The notes under the pieces are model-generated. The model made no database searches, was not told the DNA's origin, and saw only the letters and a list, made by a program, of their open reading frames with translations. A DNA stretch of 64,000 bases from Candidatus Babelota bacterium (GTDB lineage Bacteria > Babelota > Babeliae > Babelales > Vermiphilaceae). The stretch covers positions 4,423-68,422 of the forward strand of contig SOKE01000016.1 of assembly GCA_004375875.1 (NCBI GenBank), written 5' to 3'. Made by a program: the position numbers and the translations under genes. Of the stretch, positions 1-7,789 are shown one piece after another. The number at the start of each line of letters is the position of its first letter. Within the stretch, counting starts at the first letter, position 1.

Positions 1-1084
1 TTTTGTTATATCACGTGATAAACAATTACCTGATTTTGACTTTCATGTCCCGCTCATGACATTACCATTGATATTTAAAACACATGAAGAAACTATACCT
101 GCAGAAATTCCATACTTGCATGCTGATCCAAAATTAGTTGAATACTGGAAGGAAAAATTAAGCGCTGACAAAAATTTTAAAATCGGTTTATGCTGGCAAG
201 GAAATGCAAATTATAGTACACAATTCTTACGTCAAGTAGTAGCCGCTAAATCAATATCGGTTAAATTATTTGAGCCACTTTCTCAAGTTCCCGGCATCAG
301 TCTTTATAGTCTCCAAAAAATTCATGGGACTAATCAATTGAAAGAACTCGATGGATCATTAGTAATCTATGATTTTGGACCTGATTTTGATACTACCAAT
401 GGCCGCTTTATGGATACAGCAGCAATTATTAAAAACCTGAACTTAGTCATTACCGTTGATACTTCCATATGCCATCTATCTGCTGCATTAGGAACTCCTA
501 CATGGATCATGCTACCAGAACCAAGTGATTGGCGCTGGATGCTTAATCGAACTGATACACCATGGTATCCCAATGCACGCCTTTTCCGCCAACCATCTCC
601 CGGTGATTGGAAAAATGTAATACAACAAATTGTACAGGCCTTATATGCCTTACTCAGACCATCACAAACCGATAATTCAATATTAGAAGGAATCTCGGAT
701 CTTGGTCGCCATGAACATCAAACAATACAGCAGATAAATAATCAGAAAACTACAAAAGATTTTTCCTTACTACCGATTGACGAATTCATCGATAAAATGA
801 CTTGGATTACCATTAATACCAATCAACAAGAAGATTCTACCTCAAACGTACAGACTATGCATTTATTATACAGTAACTATTTAAAACAATGGCCATCATT
901 AAAGGAATTAACACAACAACTATTATATGCTAATCGCTATCTATTGAATCTAAAGAAAAGACTCGAAGAGGAACTGGAAGGAGATATTCTTGATTATCCT
1001 TTTGCTGAAATTGCCCGTAAAATATCGCGCACAAGCAAATTTAAGAAAGAAATAAAAAAAGAAATTCACCAGTTAATCAACTAA
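1..1084 (+). CDS. Glycosyltransferase family 9-like (heptosyltransferase-fold) protein, C-terminal part; 5' end lies outside the window; fused C-terminal helical module
   Basis: The frame is open from nt 2 through the first ATG at 56. The product aligns colinearly with the C-terminal half of the 3367..5133 paralog (IPYLxAD, KIGxCW, NGRFMDxAAxIxNL, ITVDTxIxHL, PWYPxxRxFRQPxPGxW). Residues ~238-342 (nt ~767-1081) resemble the module repeated in 5199..6125. Confidence 0.75.
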   Translation, partial: FVISRDKQLPDFDFHVPLMTLPLIFKTHEETIPAEIPYLHADPKLVEYWKEKLSADKNFKIGLCWQGNANYSTQFLRQVVAAKSISVKLFEPLSQVPGISLYSLQKIHGTNQLKELDGSLVIYDFGPDFDTTNGRFMDTAAIIKNLNLVITVDTSICHLSAALGTPTWIMLPEPSDWRWMLNRTDTPWYPNARLFRQPSPGDWKNVIQQIVQALYALLRPSQTDNSILEGISDLGRHEHQTIQQINNQKTTKDFSLLPIDEFIDKMTWITINTNQQEDSTSNVQTMHLLYSNYLKQWPSLKELTQQLLYANRYLLNLKKRLEEELEGDILDYPFAEIARKISRTSKFKKEIKKEIHQLIN

Positions 1085-1326
1085 AAAATAAGAGCCTTCA
1101 CAGTTCAAAAAGAAACCCTTATACCTCTAGGCTATGCCCTTCTAATTGTTTGTTTAGCGGTTCTCATCAACCGATTGTATCAAGATAAATCAAGGGCAAG
1201 TTACGATTCCTTTAAACAGAAATCCTGTTTTTATCGAATTGTTATTACTTGAAATAAAATATAGAAATGATATTTTATATGGGAAAATGTTTTTCTTTTT
1301 TTTAATTTATGTTTTAAAAGGACCTC

Positions 1327-3231
1327 ATGAAAAAATATTGGCTATTTTTTGTCTTAGCTGTTTCTTGCCCTATTGCCACACTCTTTACCATGGAAGAAAA
1401 TCAACCAGTTAAATCAGATCAACAAAAAAATGAAAAACTGAATACTCCAAAAAAAATAAGACTCCCAAAGGAAATTTATAACTCCATAGCTGAGTGGGCA
1501 AATGAGGAGTTCATACGACGAAATCTAAATCATACAAATAAGAAAAAACGTCGCATTAATAATGCCAACCTGAATTCAAAAGTTACCGGTAATGAAGGTG
1601 CTAAAACTTTTGAGGAATTAAGGAAAGATTGGACTTTTAATATGTCAGGAGAAGAAATAATAAGTACCCTCAACCAAATTAACGAATCTCTAGCATTTTG
1701 CACAGAAATGAAAAAAAGATTAGAAGCCCTAAATTCTACTACTAATGCATTAACAAAACATGGTCCGTCAGCCTTTCTTAGTAACTCGTCAATATGGGAT
1801 ACGCTTAATATAGAACTAAAAAAAGTAGATTCTTATATAAAGGAAAACTGGACTTTCTATAATAAGTTATTGCCAAACATCAAAACAACAAAAAGAATTC
1901 TCACCCAGGTAAATAATAATCCATTTCCCGATAATTTTGATAAACTGCTCATGCATTATAAATCCTTTTTTCCAAATGAACAATCAGTATCATTAGCAAT
2001 ATTAAAAGAATATATTAAATGCCTGGTTGGAAACTTAGAAAAACAAATAAATATTTCAAAAATATCATTATTAATGTTCCTTCATAGTTATTACGATAAA
2101 TATTCACCGTTAGCAACAAAAAAACTGGATGAAATAAAAAAATACTCCGACGAAATGAAACAGGATACAGAAACAAATTTTGAAACACTCAAGAAACTGC
2201 TAGATGATATCACATTTATTGGTAATAATCTTGCACTCATTAATCCCAGAAATTTAGAAAAAAATAATGAAGGCAAATTGCTATACCCCAAAGGGAAGAA
2301 AAGGAACACAAAAGAAGAAGAAAAATCGCTTGATTCTAAATTTATATCCAACTTAAAAAAAGAAGTTCTAGATAGTTTTCTTTTAAAAAAAACAAAATAT
2401 TTTAGAAAAGGCCTTGATTTACTTAGAAAAAAAATGGCCGAATATAAACAAGAAGTATATACAAGAAACAATAAGAATAATCAATTATCAGACAGTCATG
2501 ATAATTCTATTTATCCCTTATTTCCAGAGAGAAGAACACTTGTACAAGAGATGCTAACGGATGTTGATTCACTTAAACAAAAAATACAGGATATTAGGAA
2601 AATAATAACCTATAATCCTAAAACACTGAATGATGAAAAAAGCTATATTACTACTATTAACGAAGTCCTTGCGGAAAAAAAGAAAATACTTACAGCTGAA
2701 ATGAATTTTATTAGACTAGTGGAACAGCAAGCACAAAAATATATACAGAAAGGATTTTGCCCCGTCTGTCACAACCTTGCAAGTTATAAATGTCGCAATT
2801 GCAAACGCGTGTTCTACTGTTCAAAAGTGCACCAAAGGTATCATTGGCCTGAACATAGGCAGCAATGTACTCCTTTGCCTGAACATAAGAAGAAACCATT
2901 GTATTTTATTGCAAATCTTATTAATAATAAGGAAATTGCGTTCTTTGACAATAATGAAAACAATCTAATCCCCAATGAAAACAATCTAATCCCCCATGAA
3001 GCAAAATTTATTTTCGAAAATAGAAGCTATACTTTAAAAATAAACATTTCTCATGGTCCAGTATTTTTAGAATTCGGTGGAAAAATGCAATATCAAGTAT
3101 ACTTTGATGACGGAGCTGCTCGTGAAATGATTAATAATCAAAGCCAAACACCACTCGATTCAAATGAGAAGGCCAAAATAGCTTTTTCTCATCTTGCCTA
3201 CACATTTCTACAAAACAAAGGAGGCAAATAA
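1327..3231 (+). CDS. Secreted lysine-rich coiled-coil protein with a MYND-type zinc finger
   Basis: The N-terminus is hydrophobic and signal-like (MKKYWLFFVLAVSCPIATLF). Residues 478-514 read CPVCHNLASYKCRNCKRVFYCSKVHQRYHWPEHRQQC, matching C-x2-C-x7-C-x2-C-x5-C-x3-H-x7-H-x3-C. There is no recognisable enzymatic motif. Confidence 0.6.
   Translation: MKKYWLFFVLAVSCPIATLFTMEENQPVKSDQQKNEKLNTPKKIRLPKEIYNSIAEWANEEFIRRNLNHTNKKKRRINNANLNSKVTGNEGAKTFEELRKDWTFNMSGEEIISTLNQINESLAFCTEMKKRLEALNSTTNALTKHGPSAFLSNSSIWDTLNIELKKVDSYIKENWTFYNKLLPNIKTTKRILTQVNNNPFPDNFDKLLMHYKSFFPNEQSVSLAILKEYIKCLVGNLEKQINISKISLLMFLHSYYDKYSPLATKKLDEIKKYSDEMKQDTETNFETLKKLLDDITFIGNNLALINPRNLEKNNEGKLLYPKGKKRNTKEEEKSLDSKFISNLKKEVLDSFLLKKTKYFRKGLDLLRKKMAEYKQEVYTRNNKNNQLSDSHDNSIYPLFPERRTLVQEMLTDVDSLKQKIQDIRKIITYNPKTLNDEKSYITTINEVLAEKKKILTAEMNFIRLVEQQAQKYIQKGFCPVCHNLASYKCRNCKRVFYCSKVHQRYHWPEHRQQCTPLPEHKKKPLYFIANLINNKEIAFFDNNENNLIPNENNLIPHEAKFIFENRSYTLKINISHGPVFLEFGGKMQYQVYFDDGAAREMINNQSQTPLDSNEKAKIAFSHLAYTFLQNKGGK
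2953..2994 (+). repeat. Perfect tandem duplication of a 21-bp unit inside the MYND protein gene
   Basis: aatgaaaacaatctaatcccc occurs twice in tandem, encoding NENNLIP NENNLIP. Confidence 0.9.
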
Positions 3232-3366
3232 AGGATAATTAAACGATAAAACAGTAAGCCGAAAAATAACAATCTCAGCTTTACCCTTTTCCTTGTTTAT
3301 GCTATTACTGAGACAGCCCGCTCTGTGAAAAACTAAACTATATGAGTAGCATAAAAAAGGAACGAT

Positions 3367-5133
3367 ATGCCAGTAAAGGCTTACTTACGTTTAGTTGTTT
3401 TTATCCTTGGTGGATTTACTTTAGTTAGCGCTGGCTTTTATATCAGGCACTGTTATCAATTTATTAATGCAATCACTCAAAATCAATCTCGATCTACAAA
3501 GAAAAAGATAAAGCTCTCAATTCCATTTGATAGCAATAAATTAGAAGAATTTTTTGAATGTGGTGATCAAGAATACAAAAAAGGTAATCTAGAAAGTGCT
3601 ATTACCAATTATCGTAAGGCCCTGGCAACCTATCCTTCAATTGTTGAAGCCCTTCTTCGATTAGGAAAAACATTTGCAAAACAAGATAAGCATGAATTGG
3701 CAATTATTGAATATAAGAGTGCACTTACCATCAATCCTCGCCATCTTGTCACTTACTTATTGCTCAGCAGAAGTTTACATGCACAAAAAAAAGCAGAAGA
3801 CGCCATAATCATACTCGAACGCGCCCTTACATTAAATCCTACATGCCCTGAAATATATATAGAATTAGCTAAAATGTTTACGGATACCCAAGAATACGAC
3901 AAGGCTCTCTCGTTGATCGATAAAGCTGAACAATGTAATCCTAAGAATGTAAATGTATTGTTGAATCGTGGTCATGTTCTTAATTGGAAAGGAGATATTG
4001 TTGGTGCAATCGAAGCCTATAAAAAAGCAACGCTGCTTGATCCAACATGTGCAAATGCTCATTATAATTTAGGACATACATTAAAAGTTTATGGCAAGAT
4101 GCATGATGCAATAAACTCGCTCACGAAAGCAGCAGAACTTGATTCCTATCATATAGACACACATATTGCGCTATCGCATGCATACTGGGCCCTTGGAGAT
4201 TTTAAAAATGCATGGCAAGAATATGAATGGCGCTGGAAACGATATAAGAAAAATCAACATATCACCGGAATTTCTCAATGGCATGGTCAAGACCTGAAGG
4301 ATAAAACCATTCTGCTTTATAGTGAACAAGGATTAGGCGATACACTTCAATTTATTCGTTTTGCACAAGAACTGAAAAAAAATGGAGCAACGGTATGGTG
4401 TAAGGTACAAAAACCATTAATCAATCTGCTATCTTGGTGTCCCTATATTGATCATCTCGTAACTAATGAAGATCAAAAGGAACTACGACAGAATATTAAT
4501 TTTCAAGCACCACTTATGAGTATGCCAGGAATTCTCAAGACAACACCCCAAACAATTCCGGCCTTAATACCCTATCTTTATGCTGATAGTTCACTTATTA
4601 AAAAATGGAAAGATCGCCTTGCCCAAGACAAAAAATTAAAAATAGGCATCTGCTGGCATGTTGAGCAACATCATGAAATCTATAAACTCCCAATTGCCAA
4701 ACGTGCAATTTCAATACAAAATTTCCTCCCTTTAGCTAATCACGATAACATCAGCTTATATTGCCTACAACGCTCTGATGAAAACCTACAAAATAAAATT
4801 CCGAATGAACTTCAACTTACTATTTTTCCTACTGATTTTGATAACACCAATGGAAGATTTATGGATAGTGCGGCGGTAATCGCAAACCTAGATATAATTA
4901 TCACCGTAGATACAGCTATTGCACATTTGGCTGGAGGGCTCGGCAAAGAAGTCTGGATGCTTTTACCCTATTCATCTGATTGTCGTTGGTATTTACAATC
5001 AGATCGTTCACCATGGTATCCAACTATGCGTATTTTCAGACAGCCAGAACCAGGCAATTGGAAGGTAGTTATGGATAAAATAAATAACGAAATAACAAAA
5101 TTAATAGACAGTAATAAAGCATTGCATAGTTAA
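3367..5133 (+). CDS. Membrane-anchored TPR-repeat protein fused to a glycosyltransferase family 9-like domain
   Basis: An N-terminal TM helix is followed by about six 34-residue TPR-like units (e.g. AITNYRKALATYPS, AIIEYKSALTINPR, AIEAYKKATLLDPT). The GT9-like core follows (ILLYSEQGLGDTLQFIRFAQELKK; NGRFMDSAAVIANLDIIITVDTAIAHLAGGLG; PWYPTMRIFRQPEPGNW). Confidence 0.75.
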   Translation: MPVKAYLRLVVFILGGFTLVSAGFYIRHCYQFINAITQNQSRSTKKKIKLSIPFDSNKLEEFFECGDQEYKKGNLESAITNYRKALATYPSIVEALLRLGKTFAKQDKHELAIIEYKSALTINPRHLVTYLLLSRSLHAQKKAEDAIIILERALTLNPTCPEIYIELAKMFTDTQEYDKALSLIDKAEQCNPKNVNVLLNRGHVLNWKGDIVGAIEAYKKATLLDPTCANAHYNLGHTLKVYGKMHDAINSLTKAAELDSYHIDTHIALSHAYWALGDFKNAWQEYEWRWKRYKKNQHITGISQWHGQDLKDKTILLYSEQGLGDTLQFIRFAQELKKNGATVWCKVQKPLINLLSWCPYIDHLVTNEDQKELRQNINFQAPLMSMPGILKTTPQTIPALIPYLYADSSLIKKWKDRLAQDKKLKIGICWHVEQHHEIYKLPIAKRAISIQNFLPLANHDNISLYCLQRSDENLQNKIPNELQLTIFPTDFDNTNGRFMDSAAVIANLDIIITVDTAIAHLAGGLGKEVWMLLPYSSDCRWYLQSDRSPWYPTMRIFRQPEPGNWKVVMDKINNEITKLIDSNKALHS

Positions 5134-5198
5134 AGAAGTACTCACATACTCCAAAAAAGGAAAGAAGTTAAAAAGTCTTATTATTAAAAGAGAGAAGT

Positions 5199-6125
5199 AT
5201 GAAACAAACTCTTTTTATAGCCCCCCTCACAATAGCCATTGGTCTGACATTTATTATTAATGCTGAACAAGCCAAACAAGTACACCTTCAAAAAAATATA
5301 GAAATAACTGCGCCACTCGCATTAGGAGAGTTTTTCGACAAACTTACTATTCTTATGATTAAACGTGAACGGATCCACGATTCTACAAAGCGCATCAATA
5401 TTGATAAAGAATATGATCTGCTCAACAGCATTTATCACAATGCCATAATTTCCTCAAAAGCATTATCAGAACTTATTGCTGATCTTTTAACAGTAAATAA
5501 AACATTATGGGATCTCGAAGATGCAATTCGTGAAAAAGAACGACTCAAAGAATTTGATGATGAATTTAAACAACTTGCAAAAGCAATTCCAGAAAATAAT
5601 GACAAACGCTTTATTATAAAACGTTTTATTAATATGCTTCTTGCTTCTGATATAATCGAAGAAAAATCATATGCAGAAACCCTTGCACGTACAGGAGAGA
5701 TAGACATAGAAGCAACTGATACCTATCATAACATGGTACCAATAATGAGCATACCAATTTCATTAGCAGATCTACTCGATCGCATTTCAATTTTAGAAAT
5801 AAAACAAAAAAAAATAGCTGACCAGGAAAAACTAATTAATATTCGCAATGAATATAATACTTTGATGGCTATCTATAAAAAAACAATAGCACCCAGTGAA
5901 GAGCTTGCAAAACTTTGTCAGAAGTTAATCGCAAGTAATGAAAAAATGTGGAATATTCAAGAGGAAATCCGCAAAAAAATAATCACAGCCGAACTTGATC
6001 AAGAATTTATTGAATATGCTCGGGGTGTTTATTATACCAATGATGAACGAGTTAACATTAAACATACTATTAATAAATTATTGAATTCTGAGTTGATTGA
6101 TGAAAAACAATACACTGAATATTAA
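5199..6125 (+). CDS. Secreted protein made of two tandem copies of a ~120-residue helical module (DUF6165-like; family name recalled, not verified)
   Basis: Signal-like N-terminus. Residues 38-158 and 185-306 align with each other (LxxxxDxLxILxIKxxxI, NxxxEYxxL, NxxxWxxxxxIRxK, DxEFxxxAxxxxxxNDxRxxIKxxINxLLxSxxIxEKxY). Confidence 0.6.
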   Translation: MKQTLFIAPLTIAIGLTFIINAEQAKQVHLQKNIEITAPLALGEFFDKLTILMIKRERIHDSTKRINIDKEYDLLNSIYHNAIISSKALSELIADLLTVNKTLWDLEDAIREKERLKEFDDEFKQLAKAIPENNDKRFIIKRFINMLLASDIIEEKSYAETLARTGEIDIEATDTYHNMVPIMSIPISLADLLDRISILEIKQKKIADQEKLINIRNEYNTLMAIYKKTIAPSEELAKLCQKLIASNEKMWNIQEEIRKKIITAELDQEFIEYARGVYYTNDERVNIKHTINKLLNSELIDEKQYTEY

Positions 6126-6127
6126 CT

Positions 6128-7609
6128 TCAATCAGCAACAGCCAATTTGGCTCTGCACATTGGACATTCCCCGCTTTGCAACACTGTCTTTATAAGATCA
6201 GGATTACATACAAAGTTAGTACAACAAGGCGTAACAATACAGTTATCCAAGCCAATCGTTTGAGGATCTTCAAAACAAATAGGGCACGTTTCAGTATTCT
6301 GGGTATATATCTTCCCAATAAGTTGACACCTCAAATAATCAATCACATTTTCATGGCCAGATTTAGCGGCAATCTTGAGAGCAGTTTTGCCGCCCTTTGT
6401 CCTTTTCATAATATCTGCATCTTTTCTAACAAGGTATTCAATAATCCTATTATAAGATTGATTTTGCTGATTATTTTGTCTATTAAAGACAGCCTCAATG
6501 AGGGCGGTTCTTCCTTGATTATCTTGTGCATTAACATTAGCTCCTCTTCTTAAAAGAGATTCAACTAAACTAAAACAGCCTCTCCCAGCAGCGCATATAA
6601 GTGGTGTCCTTCTGCTACCATCAGGAATATTTACCTCTCTAGTATGATCAAGCAATCTTAATGCTGCATCTGGCTTACCAATATCAATCGCATGATGCAA
6701 GGCAGTTTTTTCTCTACCATTCTTTACGCCTACATCAACCTTAACACGGTTAATTAAAAATTCCTGCGATAGATAACAATCTCTCGATATCGCTTCACAA
6801 AGAAGATCTGCTTGTACTTGATCATTAAGCTGTCTTGTTTTATTTTTTAAAAAGACTAATGACCCAGATTCTCGCGATAAGACAGCAGGCAGAAGACATG
6901 CACATTGCTGATTCACGGTAAGTCCTTTAAAATCAAAACCTGCTTCTTCAAACAAAAATCGCAAAAAAACACAACCCTGCGATAATCTAATAATTTTCTC
7001 AAAAGAAGAAACCGGTGCTCCTTTACTCAAAAGAAACCGTGCCATATCAATATTTTCTTGTCTAATAGATTGGCAAAGTGCATTATTACCTTGACTATCT
7101 TCTTTTCCTAATTGTGCCCCACAAGCAAGTGAAAAACGAACAAGAAGTTTGTTATTTAATTTTATTCCCCAGCGCAACAAAATATTCCTGAGATAAAATA
7201 ATGTTAATGCAATACTGCTGATTCCAAGAGTAGCGTGCAAAGATTTTTTATTCTTTTGATAGTTTTTTTGTAATCCATCCCCCATCTTTTTTGCCACTTG
7301 AGAAACAGGAATCACAAAATCATTTAAAATTCGCTTTCTCAATGAAGGTTTCTTCTCATGGCCCCTTTTGATTCCTCTTAGAATTGCTGTAGTGATAGCT
7401 AATATACTAGCACACAGTAATGGAAATGTTCGCTTTAAATATTTTTTAGTTGCATCTAAAGAGCGCAACATCATTTTTTTCGGAGAAGAACGGTTCTCTT
7501 TTTTCTCATGAGTAGCACACGACCACGGTAAAAAAATAGATCCAGTTAAACTAAAAGAAGTAAAACTGAGAATTAAAAGAAAAGAAAGATGTTTATTTAA
7601 AATACACAT
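6128..7609 (-). CDS. Ankyrin-repeat protein with a C-terminal RING/U-box-like cysteine-rich domain and N-terminal signal/TM segments
   Basis: ANK-type units are present (GNNALCQSIRQENIDMARFLLSKGA; KTALHHAIDIGKPDAALRLL; RTPLICAAGRGCFSLVESLLRRGANVNAQDNQGRTALIEA; KTALKIAAKSGHENVIDYL). The C-terminus is CPICFEDPQTIGLDNCIVTPCCTNFVCNPDLIKTVLQSGECPMCR. The track ORF extends to 7675 via a TTG; the first ATG (7609) precedes a signal-like segment. Confidence 0.65.
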   Translation of the reverse strand: MCILNKHLSFLLILSFTSFSLTGSIFLPWSCATHEKKENRSSPKKMMLRSLDATKKYLKRTFPLLCASILAITTAILRGIKRGHEKKPSLRKRILNDFVIPVSQVAKKMGDGLQKNYQKNKKSLHATLGISSIALTLFYLRNILLRWGIKLNNKLLVRFSLACGAQLGKEDSQGNNALCQSIRQENIDMARFLLSKGAPVSSFEKIIRLSQGCVFLRFLFEEAGFDFKGLTVNQQCACLLPAVLSRESGSLVFLKNKTRQLNDQVQADLLCEAISRDCYLSQEFLINRVKVDVGVKNGREKTALHHAIDIGKPDAALRLLDHTREVNIPDGSRRTPLICAAGRGCFSLVESLLRRGANVNAQDNQGRTALIEAVFNRQNNQQNQSYNRIIEYLVRKDADIMKRTKGGKTALKIAAKSGHENVIDYLRCQLIGKIYTQNTETCPICFEDPQTIGLDNCIVTPCCTNFVCNPDLIKTVLQSGECPMCRAKLAVAD

Positions 7610-7789
7610 AGCATTTATTATCAGTTTTAATGATGCTTTAAAAAACTTTTTAACCTTAATATACAGGAAAAACAAAAAAACTAAACTAAAAACCTCCGAA
7701 AAAGAAGGGCAAAAACTTCAGGACCAAATTAGTTTTTTGTTGTACATTAAAAGAAAATACATGAACATAGTACAACCTGAAAGATATCA

